Below are positions 12,878-24,732 of a DNA stretch of 64,000 nucleotides, in pieces. A model generated the notes under the pieces. It ran no database searches, was not told where the DNA came from, and worked only from the letters and a program-made list of their open reading frames with translations. The stretch comes from Lingula anatina (taxonomy: Eukaryota; Animalia; Brachiopoda): contig CM120648.1 in NCBI GenBank assembly GCA_051362555.1, positions 10,164,587 through 10,228,586 on the forward strand. Reading direction: 5' to 3'. The first letter of the stretch is position 1. Each line of letters begins with the position of its first letter. The position numbers were made by a program, and so were the translations under genes.

Positions 12878-15800
12878 TTTCCCCGTATTGGGTTGTCGGT
12901 CACATATGACGATGAGCACTGCAATATAAATACACGTATATTGTAAATGTAAATTGACAGGATACCAGCATTTTTAGTTTTAGGTCTGCAACAAATAAAA
13001 ACAAATAGCTCTTACTTTTCTAATGGTTTATTCATTTTCAATGAGGGGGGGGGGGGTCAATCTATCCACTCAACATTAATGTTAGGGATCTGAGTGCTAG
13101 GGGTAATATGCAATATATTTGCAAATGCCTCCATATGTATGTCTAAATATTCCGCACAGCTGCTCATCCCCCCCAACCCCATCCAGTTCTTCACAAAATA
13201 TTTACACCTTGGAATAAAAGAACCTGATGTTGATATATCCTTTTGAAATGCCAGAAAGAGATGGCGGTCCGAATGCTTACAATTTATTTACGTTTACGTT
13301 ATGTAGGGCCTACTTGGCGATGGTACAAATCATCAAATACACTATTGCTGTGACTTTTTATGGAATGGTTCACAAGTAGGAAAATTACTCATATTTCTGG
13401 AAGAAATGAGGTTAAGTACAAATTAACCAAAGAAAAGAACAGTGAGGCCGGTCCAGTCAAGGGCGTCAGATGCTGTGTTCAGTTTTTCATTTGTGGGTAT
13501 TTTAGAGCGTCATTTACACTCCTCCATATTTTCGTCTTCCTTGGTTTATATATAATGTCTATAATGGTTATATGTGTCTCATACAAGGCCTTATTTGGAC
13601 ACCGTGTGTGTCAAACGGCAAATGAATTAAATTAAAGCATATAGCTCTTCCCTCTACAGACCTATATTTAAGCGGGTGGCACAGATTCAACCAACGTTAA
13701 TAACAGTCTCTTGCCTTGATATTCATAACCAGGGCTCCGTATCTCGAAAGGTTCGCTATGTTGCGCACGTGCGTTAGTGTCTCGATTCCATAACCGATTC
13801 TATTTCGAGATACGGGGCCATGGAATCGAGACACTTGCGCACGTGCAAGCGAACATAGCGAACATAGCGAACCTTTCGAGATACGGAGCCAAAGTCTCTC
13901 GATCAACATTCTCTCAGAGTTTTAATAATGAACAAATAACCGTCCTTACCACAAGTTTATTATTATTAAGTTTCAAGATCTGGTGGTCAATAAAATAGAT
14001 AGATAGATAGGTAGACAGAAAAATACAGATTTTGTTTATTTTGAATTTTGAGCAAAAACACTACATCGAAAGAAACATTTTTTCGCAATTTCAGCGGTGC
14101 AGTCTAGATGCTGTTCTATTCTTTTAAATATTGCAAATATTACCTAATGCCGACATAACTTCTAAGCCTATATCAAAACACCAGAAATGCCTTTCTTTGG
14201 CGTGCTTTAAAATCATGCACACTATCTTAGTTACTGTAAATGTAACCTGGAGCTTACTCATATTCTCAAAGACAAGTAATATTTCAAAGAAAGACAAATG
14301 CAAGTATTAAGTGTGGCTTTACATTCTGGAATTAACATAAAATTATTCAACAGATATAAAGACGCAGAATAGAATTTGAATAGTTTGCTACTTACTTATG
14401 TCGTGGAACGATAAAAAATATGTTTTTGTAATTTCAGAATTGCTACAGCATTGATCTGCGTGCTCCACTGCTCATTGTACGTTCCCTGTGTCACCCAGAA
14501 GTGTGCTTTCCCATCCGTAAAAAGCGAGGATAGCCTGACTTTCGTATTTCGTTTGAGTGGAATATGGACAGGGCTAGAAAAAAACCGCACCAGATTTATG
14601 CAACATCATGCCTGTGCCGGGAGAACAGAGTGAGTACCATTAGTATGGCGCTTGTGTACTTTATTTTATCATTAAAGGCAAGGAGGCTATTTTGTGAAAT
14701 ACTGTTGACAACAAATTATTGTCTTCACTGGTGAAAAGAATTGTCTACTAAGACTATTACTAATGTAAATTAATGTACTTATATTTCAGTACTTACAGCA
14801 CAGATGGAGAGTGGTGTGTGTGACTGAACATATAATATATCGACGTACAGCTGTAGCACATTTACTTTTGCAGCAACCAGACCATAGTTGAATTTGGAAG
14901 GGATGCAGTGAAATATTTTGGCGACCACTATGGAATAAATATGTCTGCCGTGACCGATTCTGATATACTAGATGGACGTGTCCTATTAGAGGACGGAAGG
15001 ATGGAGTTTCACCCCTACCACCTAAACCCAAATGCAAAATGCAGCCTTCTTAATGGTAGGAACAGATTTGTAATTTGAGAAGGGAAGTCTGATGAAAACG
15101 TTTTGCTGGTGACTAAAAATGTATGTATCCGATTTGAGTAATCTGATTCTACTAATATTTTGTATCAATGCACAGAGCATAATTTTTCCCCATTTTGTTA
15201 TTAGAAGGGAGGAAATTGAATATTTTTATGTCGTCTAAGTGAATAAAATGGTTATTTGACAATTTGTTACATTACAGACTGTACGGCAAGAGAGTTCCTT
15301 TCTAACGCGGGCTGGGTGATTGAGGTCATTAACAGCATTCAGGTTTATGGAACTGGGTATACAGGAACTCTTGATAAAACCAATTCAATGTTTTATGGGG
15401 AATACGTATTGGCGGTAAGTGACCTTGTATACAAGCTGTTTTGTTAATCTTAAAAATCCTAATTCATATTATAATTTATTTATTTGATTTCGAGTCTGTG
15501 CCCAGGTCTGGATAATTGGCATCAAAATTTGGTCAATGTTTTAGAGATTAAAATTACAACATACCTACACCAAAATGTGTTTGTAGTCTAAAATGATACA
15601 AATTGTTCTAGTCCAAGCTAAATTTTTGGAACCTAGAATTCTATGATTTTTTTCTGTTCTTACTAAGTTCTTTTCTCCTAGGGGCACTATTCAGCATGGT
15701 TATCAAATTATGTTGGTCAACTGAAACTATCCAAGGCTAGATATGGCCAATCCTCATTGAAATATACGGACAAACATGATGTCTCACCTCCAGTTCGATC

Positions 15801-18800
15801 CGTGTACTTTTTTACAAATGATCACCTCACAGTTGTAAATTGTTACAAACAGTGTATTTATATTCAAGTCATCATATCTTACTTGATTAATGGTACAGAT
15901 ATACAAAATATGCACCAGAAATAAGATACTAATTCCTTTACTGTATGATATCATTTCGGTGCAATTTGATAATTCCATAGTGGTTGCCATCATTTTTCAC
16001 TAGAAATGGATAAAGCCATTAGTTCATTTCACTTTTTATACATAACTGTGAGCTATCTACAAATTTTAATTACAATGTGCCTCGTTTATCCAGATGTCAA
16101 CACTTTTTGCAACAAGTGATATTATTTTAAAATATTGATTAAGATAGCCGCCGAATCAAAGAACGAAATACATATCATTGATAGGCATAACCTTTTTTCG
16201 TTATACATTTCGTAAAATATTGAGTTATATTTTTAGTCAATTTTGAACTAAGCACAAATTTTAGGTGTTATGTTGGTCTTCAGCCTCCGTGAATGAAATG
16301 AATATATTATTCTAGACATTTTTTACAAAATGCCCGCCAATGCCCAATGATAGGATTTCATTGATGTAACAAAGGCCTTTGACATGGTTGACAGAGAGGG
16401 ACGTTGGCCCTTACTGGTTGCCGACCAAACCTCCTGAATTTCACTATATCATTCCATGTCAACACACAAGGCACTGTACCATTTGATGGTGACTGATATA
16501 TTTAATTAACAGTGGTGTGAAGCAAGGATGTGTATCAGCACTACCACTCTTTAACATTCCCTTTTCCGTTTACTTGAAACACGCATTCAAATCAGGAGAT
16601 GAAGGCAACACATTACAATTGTATCTGACGGAAAGTTTTTTCAAATCTAACACGCCTTACAGGGGCGGATCCAGGATTATTAGAAAGGAGAGGGTAGTCG
16701 ATTTTTAGGAGTCACAAGCCTCGGATGTAAAGCCAACCCTAGCCCCCTTGGCGAGAAATTGGCGTTTTTAAGGGCGAATGGTTGGTAGGGTTATGAACTA
16801 CAATTCAGCTAGTTCAGCTAGTCAAAATTCTAATTTTTTCAGAAACCCAACCGCAGGGGGAAGGGGTCAGGACCACCATGTAAAGACTTCAAGCATTGTA
16901 TCAGTCTAAAGAACACACAAGTAATGCCTCATGGCTTTGACGACTCACCCACTTTCCTTATCAGTGACGTCACTCTGGGAAACGAGATATTTTCTGACAG
17001 TCTTCCAAATTATTTTTGTTGATCCATCCTCCATTTTTGGCCGTCTTCCGACAGAAAAAAAATTATACTCATCAAAGTAAACTTGGAAATCTGCCCGTCT
17101 TCCAAAGGACTCAGAAGACGACCTCTATCCGCACCTGCTACATGTATACACCTTTTATATAGCTCGAGAGGTCTATTCAGATAAAGAAAGACCGAAGAAA
17201 GGCAGAAGTTATTTCACTGGATCACTGTTTATTGCAAATCGGGAAATGAAAGCACACGTGAAAAAAAAAAAAAAAGAAAAAATACTAATTATAATACATT
17301 ACCAATTAACATAAGTATAGGAAATTAAATGTCTCGTAATATATTATGAATATAAACTTGTTATTTATGATTATCAAACAAAGAGCAATACGCATGAAAA
17401 AAAAAACGCCACATAGGTGTGGCTACATATACATAGATGCATAAACATAATTAAATTTACTCAAATAGAAAAAAAAACGATAAATTTAAATAATCACTAT
17501 TCGACTCTCACCATTTATGCCTTCCTTAGAAATTTAAAGTTAATGTTTAAAATGCAAAATAACAAGAATTTGAAGTTGGTCCTACTCGTAAGAAGACACT
17601 GAGTGGAATGAAATAATATGCGTACTCATGGGAGTATCCCTGAACGTAAAATGTTGTAAAGTATACAAGTGTTAAATGAGCTGTGCTGGATGCATCACCC
17701 AGATCCTCCAGCACAATCAAATGTAAAATGAACCATTACATCAGGTGCTTCCGTAGGATCTCCTCTATATCATGGACTGACAGGGTCACAAACATGCAAT
17801 GGGGTTTGAATTGGCAAAAAAAAAAAAAAAGGTAAAGATTATACCTGAAAGAGGCAAATACTGCAAGTTTACATTACTGTGCAAAGAACCCCTACAGATT
17901 CTAGAATTGTGATAGATGGAGACCCTGTTAAAATTCAGAATTTACATTCTTTGTGGCAACTTTTACAAACACTGTCGATGATTAACTTGAGATCAAGAGG
18001 AGAATTGCCATAGCAAAGAATGCAACAATTGCAATAAGCAGCATTTGGAAATACAGAAGTATTATCCTCAAAACAGGCTCCTCAAAACGCTGGTTTTCCC
18101 CCATCGCGTCCTACAATTCAGAATACTTTCCGGTCAGAAAAGGACTGAGAGCTTTAAACCCTGGTGCTTAAGAAGACTCCTCAGAATCAGCTGGAAGGAA
18201 AACAAAACCAAAGAAGTTCTACACAATCCAGGATTTTTTGAAGGGGGAGTCCTTTGATAAGAATCCGACCTCTCTCTCCTCCCTCCCCCCTTTGGCGTTG
18301 GGTTCGGACCCCAAAAATTTTTGGCATTTTCAAGGGCCAACGGTGCTATTTTGGTACGGTTTAGAACTATGACTCAGCTAGTCAAAATCCTAATTTCAAG
18401 AGGGGACCATCGGTGTGATTTTTTTTTCAGAAATCGAAAGTATTCAGATATCGGCCATTGCCTACAACAAGATAAGCGTAGTCTGTGAACGGCATCCGCT
18501 AAAAGTGGCGTGACAGGCGGGATGATGATTACACTGTACCTTTATCAACAACATATCGCTGATGGGGAAATTTGTGGTCTCCGTGACACAGTCTCCACTT
18601 CGTTCGACACCACCTCCTCCCACTCCAGTCCAATCTTATTAAATGAATTATTATTGTTGTAGATAGTTTTAATTTGTAATAACGCTACTGATAATTCCAT
18701 TTCAGCCAAGTGTTTTGGAATATTTGCAATATGCAGAAACCTTAGAGTATAAAACACCAACGCCAGCCACGCTCTTCAAATCAGGTCTGTACACGTACGA

Positions 18801-18903
18801 GACTATCGCATCAACGGGTGGATTAAAAGCACAGTCATACGGTCACTTTACCATAGATGCAAAAACAGGAGAAATCGACGGAATAGAGACATTCATTGTA
18901 TAA
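11077..18903 (+). CDS. Uncharacterised secreted protein, copy B (246 aa, intact)
   Basis: Exons 11077-11084 (ATGTTGAG|GTAAGT), 14438-14629, 14790-14813, 14874-15055, 15278-15414, 18706-18903 total 741 nt, open and phase-consistent. Protein MLRIATALICVLHCSLYVPCVTQ...KYFGDHYGINMS...FHPY...NAGWVIEV...FYGEY...DGIETFIV*. Hydrophobic signal-like N-terminus and N-glycosylation sequons NRT, NQT, NMS. Confidence 0.8.
12030..12300 (+). repeat. Third copy of the intronic block also at ~80-340 and ~14055-14250
   Basis: Shared gatcgaaagaaac...gcaagtgaagcagt...tatatcaaaacacca...gtaaatgtaacctg. Confidence 0.9.
13733..13890. mobile_element. Palindromic MITE (Harbinger/Tourist-like termini)
   Basis: Perfect 30-bp inverted repeat GGCTCCGTATCTCGAAAGGTTCGCTATGTT / AACATAGCGAACCTTTCGAGATACGGAGCC, plus inner inverted repeats with GCGCACGTGC. 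Confidence 0.85.
16350..16640 (+). mobile_element. Degraded RTE-clade LINE RT fragment
   Basis: Translates FIDVTKAFDMVDREG.W and SGVKQGCVSALPLFNI (RT motifs D.xKAFD and GVxQGC). Confidence 0.8.
16985..17137. mobile_element. Partial copy of the MITE at 50244-50411
   Basis: Shares agatattttctgacagtcttccaaattat...gtcttccgacagaaaa...agaagacg...atccgc.cctg. Confidence 0.85.
17790..18215 (+). mobile_element. Degraded RTE-clade LINE 3' fragment
   Basis: Translates EIKRRIAIAKNAT..IWK and WCLRRLLRISW, typical of the RTE ORF C-terminal region. Confidence 0.75.
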
Positions 18904-19928
18904 GGTGCGCGCATTTGAAAAATGCAAATAATGCACACACGATTAATGATATCGGATATAGAACTACCGTAAAGCAAGCACAACAACGGCAACTACACTA
19001 CACAACTAAGGACGAAGAAAATTAATCAAATTGCCATGCAGAATTTAGTAAATATTATTGTCACCCTTTTGTTTCAATTTGATTAATTTCATTGATGCAT
19101 TGCACTAAAAAATTCTTGAAACTTCAAAACTGATCATTTAAGGAAAGCGGTCATTCATTTTTACCTTCAAATGTTAAGGATACATGTAGCTTCAGCAAGT
19201 TGATGGTTTTCTTTACTTTTATACATGCTCACAAGCGGCACGACAAATAACGAAAAGGAATAAATGTCTAAACGTTTTTGTCTCATTATTCTTGAATGCG
19301 TTATACAAGTCTTATTTACAATGTACTTTAGCCCTGAGTGTCTAGGAATGGGATAGACAATGCTTCTGATTGCTTCTGAAGTAAGCAAAATTCATTTAGG
19401 GACAAACTGACTACTGATATCTACCAATATATATTAACAAATCTTTGTAAATGAGAACACTATGGAAATCATTATTTTTTTTTTAGAGCAACATCGTTAA
19501 AGAGACATTTTTGCAGCATGCACGGCGGGCCTGCTACTTCACTTCCCTCATTTAATTGTAAACAGCAAATTAACCTGCTTCTACAGGATTTGGCCAAGTA
19601 ATTCACTTGGTGTACAAGCCTACACTGTTGTGATAGTTTCTACTAAATATAATAAAATCAGTAAATAAACAAAATATTTTATACAATTTTATTATATACA
19701 ACGTTCTATTTACAAATTTGACAGCAGACGTCTTGTGTTTGGAAAATTGATACATCAGTGGAATTAAAGTGGAGACAGAAGTGGTATCCGTTCTCTTTTC
19801 AGCTTAAAAAATTAAAGATACAAAGATCTACATTTGATCAAAATCAATATTATGTCTCCCATAGGTCCCATGTATAAATGATGGTACAATGCTGTTACTC
19901 CCCTTCAATACTGCACCAAATATTGTAT

Positions 19929-19986
<58 letters not shown>

Positions 19987-20134
19987 CACAACCCACTATA
20001 TGCTGCTTTTACAGGGAAACATAACCAAGAACATTTATACAACTACACGCTTGATCTAATATTCATGCCCTTGATAGATCTTTTCCTTGACCTAATATGA
20101 CCTTGAATATGACCTATGACATGACCTCTCCTGG

Positions 20135-20450
20135 TCACATGGTGACCTCATTGACTGTGTCACAAAACTTCATGAACTCTAAAATGTTTACATGGTGACC
20201 TCATTGACTGAGCCACAAATCTTCATGAACTCTACAATGTTCACAAGGTGACCTCATTGACTGAGTCACAAATCTTCATGAACTCTACAGTGTTCACATG
20301 GTGACCTCATCGACTGTGTCACAAATCTTCATGAACTCTACAATGTTCACATGGTGACCTCATTGACTGTGTCACAAATCTTCATGAACTCTACAATGTT
20401 TACATGGTGACCTCATTGACTGAGTCACAAATCTTCATGAACTCTACAAT
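20135..20450. repeat. 53-bp minisatellite x6 spanning the ZMYND12 stop codon and proximal 3' UTR
   Basis: Unit tcacatggtgacctcattgactgtgtcacaaatcttcatgaactctacaatgt at 20135, 20188, 20241, 20294, 20347, 20400. Two units in the paralogue (8163, 8216). Confidence 0.95.
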
Positions 20451-23400
20451 GGATCGTGACAGTTCGTCATCAGGATTACCCTCACTCGTCACCACTGCTT
20501 TCCGTCCATACTCTTTGGCCTGAAAAAATAAAAGACAACATCGACTGCATTTTTTTTTCTTCTTTTTTTTTTCCATTATGCATCATGCATCATAATTTGT
20601 GTCATTTAAAATACTTTTATAACGATATAGGTCAAATTTGTAAAATATATAAATGTATATTTTTAAATATAATTGTCAAAATAATCCAAAAATGTTTGTA
20701 AAAAATGAAAACATCTTAATATTTTCTTTGCAATTATTGCTTCACAGATAACATTTTCTAATCAAGAAAGAGCTTTTTATAGGAAGTATTAGTAATACCA
20801 AAGTAAAATGTTGTTAAAGCATGTCAAGCATGAAAAAAAAAAACACATCACAGAATCATTGTGCCCCTTTTAAAAATTTTTATCCTTCTGAGCATACCTT
20901 CTCCACTTCATGTAGTATAAAATACAGCATAGCCAAAGCATGGCAAATTTTGGCAACAATTTCAGGTTTTTTATTTGACTGTTGATCTCTGATGTCATAT
21001 ATGGCATTTAGGACCTGTTTGGCTTCTGCTTCCTGGGCCTCATCTAAAATATATGTTAAAAATAATTAGAAAATATCATGATAAATGGTTGACAGTGTCA
21101 TTCCAACTGCCAGTCAGATAGGATAACTATAACTAAGTTATATACTATTATACCCCTACAGTACTTTAAATACCTTGAGAAAGATAATCAGGAAAAAATC
21201 TTTCCCAAAGTGCACTGCAGTAAGTATTTGAAAATAACAGATCTTAAAAAATAAATAGATAAATTATATATATAAAATAAAATAATGTAAAAAAAAAAAC
21301 TTATATTGGAAAATATAGGGTGTATGAAAATTTTAAGATATTACAGCACATAAATGTCAAAATGGCAGGATGGTGTAGAGCAAACTCACAGACATGCTTA
21401 TGAAAGGAGGCCAACAGGCCACTGATGGACAATGGCAAAATCTATTCATTCATATAAATGTCAAATACCACAGACACGAATTTCTAGTCAGTTAACAACC
21501 ACTCACCCAACCCCTCCTCTTCCTCTTGGTTTATCTCCATGGCAATGGCTCCAATTCCTGTTGTATCTATGGGTGTGGCTGTTCGAACACTGACTATCTT
21601 TTGTAAGTAGTCATACCAGCTATCTGTGACCTGGAATGTACACAATATCACAACTAAAGCAATTTTCAGTGATCACACCTGCCTAGCTATGGCCTGGAAT
21701 GTGCACAATATGACAACTGAAGTAGTAACTGTTGTATCTCGCTGACATGTAATGAGAGCCATTGTGTGAATGTAATAAAATTTTGGCAATGAGGGAAAAA
21801 AGCACAACTAAATATACTACCACAATTACTACTACTACTACAGTAATTGCAACCACTACATTACTACAGTAACTGCTACTACTGCTGCTTTTACTCCTAC
21901 TACTACTAATAATACTTCTACTAAAAAATAATGATAATATACAGAGAGTCTACTACTTCAGTTTGTATGAAAAAAAAAAAACAACTATATTTTTTAAGAC
22001 TTAATCTAGCATACATAGAGTGTGCTACTTCTGTTCTGTCTAAAGAAAACTTTCTATAGACTTACCCTAGCATATAGAGAGTCTGCTACTTCCATTCTGT
22101 TTTGTCTAAAGAAAACATTTGCCATGTGGAAATATCCGCCACTTGTCCTAATGTCATCTGGGGAAAACTCCATGGAGGCATGGAAAATCTGGAAAAAAAA
22201 AGGTGTAAATTGAGATCTAAAACAGTCCAATTTACTTGTTTGCTACTTACACTGCAATAAAATTGCAATGTTGTGTATAGCTGATGGCTGCAGAAACTGT
22301 ACATATAAGCAGCATATCTGATATGTTAAAGGTTTATTGCAATGTTGTGTATAGCTGATGGCTGCAGAAACTGTGCATATAAGCAGCATATCTGATATGT
22401 TAAACACCCTTTCAAATAATCCTCACAAAATTTAACACAACCTGCACTCACAACTCAGATCTTTTAAAAATCCTCAAACATAATTAGTGCATTCAGAACA
22501 ATGGACTTACAGATCTGCAGATCAAAAATTGCTGATCCACTTGAATGCTTGTTGCGTAAAACCCATGGGGAATCTGCCAGTGTCTGGCAGGAATTAAGTG
22601 GGAAGCTTTTTTAGTGTGTTGGCATATTTGATCCATGGATCTGTTAGTCTGCAGTTCTGAATGCGCTCAATGAGAAATCACAACCAGCACAATTGGAAAA
22701 TCTCAACTAACACAATTGGGAAAAAAACTCACATCATCAGCTAACTGCCTCAGAGACTCCTCATACTCCCCCTTGGCAGCATAGAGCAGTCCCAGGTTCC
22801 TGTACAGTTTGGACTTGATGGCATCTGAGCACTCTGGGGTCTTGACCACTGTCCACTGTGCCTGCATCAGGTATTCCTCTGCCTGGGATAGTCTACCTAA
22901 ACCTGGGGTGAGGGAAGGATTTTTGGAGATAATTGGATGTCCAGTTGTGATAACTTATACTAATAAATGTTTTTTTTTTTATTTATATCTATTAATACTT
23001 ACAATGTCATTCAAGAGAAGTTCACTATGGAGAAGTCCTCCTTGTGAAGACAATGTTGACCAGGAGGACTAGAGTTCTAGAGTTTCATCCAGTTCTATGC
23101 CAGCTAAACCATAAATTTCTATAGCAAATCACAGCACTCACCTATACTGGCCTCTCCCAGTATTAAATATGAAGGCACCAGTTCTATGCTAGCCAATCCA
23201 TGGACTTCTATAGCAAATCTCAGTGACTGCATTGCAGCTGGAACAGCTTGCTCATGTCTTCCCTCAAACAAAAGCTTCTGCCCTGTTGTTCTTGTCAGAT
23301 CTATCATGTGTCTCTGAAATTAAGATATTTTCTATGTTAAAACATGTCAAAAATACCACTCTGAATCACACCATTATTATTATTCTTTTAATTCCAAAAA

Positions 23401-23592
23401 ATGTAGTTACTACAGAAACTGACACTAGTACTATTACTTCCTTAAATAAAGAAAAGCAAATTACACTTTGCAATGAATTCAATCTACTGAAAAGGTATCA
23501 ATGTAATGACACTGATAATTTCTGTCACAGTCTCAGTACAGAGTATTAAGAAGCCAAGATGGATGAAGGTGATAACTGAACAAACAATCAAA

Positions 23593-23643
<51 letters not shown>

Positions 23644-24555
23644 ATGAACAAAGCCTCAATCAGTTTATTTTGAAAAAAAAAAAAACAAAAAAAAAAAAAA
23701 ACAAAAACAAAAAAAAAAATTATACTGTCTCTTTCTTACCATCAAACAAATGGACTTTTGGACAAATATCCTTTAGATTAAATAAGACAAATGTAAATCT
23801 CTTTAAGATTGTACCTGTCTCTGTAATAACTGGTCCTTTCTATGTTGTCTTTCTTCATCTGAAGCTAGGAAGGGGATGGGTGTTCTCAAAGGAATCAAGA
23901 GCTGGCAAATCTTTTCATGGATCCCTATCCAGTCGGCTTTCTGATGCTCTACACCACTGAAAAATTAATAACACACATAGAAATATCTTGGGTTAATTTC
24001 TGATTGACATTTGGTTTTATGTTGTCCATTGATGTACACACTTTCATAACAACCTTCTCAACAAAGAAATCTCCTTTGCATAATATACTTTGATGATAAA
24101 AATCACATTACTGGTATAAAATGAGATCCGCTATCATGTTGTCTTAATAACAACACCTTTACATCATTACATGAGTATATTAACTAGCTGATGCAGTGCA
24201 GAGGCCATTGGAGACATTTGCTTTAAATTTAAAGAAAATGAACCCAATCTATTAGGGGCCTTTGCTCTATGCAATATTGTTTGAATAAAACTAAAAATCT
24301 CATGATAAACAACGTGCTTTACTTCACTTAAAATGCATCAAAACCGGCACCCACATTAAGGTAACCTAAAACGAAAAACACAGACAAACTATCACAGTAT
24401 CAGGAAAACGCTTAGCCTTAGTTGAAAATGAGAGGCATTTTCACTTACCAATAATACGTAACTCTGCATTTTGTACACTGTATAAACGCTGGTTTCTGAC
24501 ACAGTTCACATACCAGCTTTACGCCTTTCGGGTTGGCGAGAGGATTTAGAGTCAT
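20400..24555 (-). CDS. ZMYND12: Zinc finger MYND domain-containing protein 12 (367 aa, 8 exons)
   Basis: Exons 24449-24555, 23815-23956, 23142-23313, 22733-22902, 22066-22188, 21507-21630, 20898-21043, 20400-20519. MTLNPLANPKGVKLVCELCQKPAFIQCTKCRVTYYCGVEHQKADWIGIHEKICQLL is a MYND finger, followed by TPR-like helices. Confidence 0.95.
22262..22404. repeat. Direct tandem duplication of ~69 bp (period 74) in a ZMYND12 intron
   Basis: attgcaatgttgtgtatagctgatggctgcagaaactgt.catataagcagcatatctgatatgttaaa occurs twice. Confidence 0.95.
22485..22668. mobile_element. ~180-bp MITE family, copy 1 of 4 (others 49323-49503, 50746-50933, 57366-57540)
   Basis: TIR approximately GAGYGCATTCAGAA..GGACTAACAGATC, with shared core CAACAAGCATTCAAGTGGAT (inverted in this copy). 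Confidence 0.85.
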
Positions 24556-24732
24556 ACTTGATAAAAAGGGGATTGAATCCCCGATATTGCCGGATTTTCT
24601 ATAGAATTGTTGTCGCTCTGTTGCTATCCTGTGCGAAAGCGAGGCTACACAAGTATCGCACATAATGTATTTTATAGCCAATCATTGATCACCAAAAGGT
24701 CAACTTCGTAGAACTAGGGCAAATTTGGAAAT
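24556..24732. promoter_or_regulatory. Compact bidirectional promoter ZMYND12/PPP1R7
   Basis: Divergent ATGs only 177 bp apart. CpG-enriched, with a CCAAT (~24678), an RFX half-site GTTGCTAT (~24620) and YY1-like AATATGGCGG overlapping the PPP1R7 ATG. Confidence 0.75.

Larger units (their letters stand above)
14001..21680 (+). repeat. Right unit of a tandem segmental duplication (paralogous to 1-9540)
   Basis: Colinear blocks: 1-265~14001-14250, 2687-4900~14253-16870, 5020-5600~16880-17420, 6150-9530~18380-21680. Confidence 0.95.

Noticed and set aside
20135-20450. Regular repeat array resembling CRISPR
   Set aside because: Units are contiguous with no unique spacers, derive from ZMYND12 coding sequence, and sit in a eukaryotic context with no cas genes.
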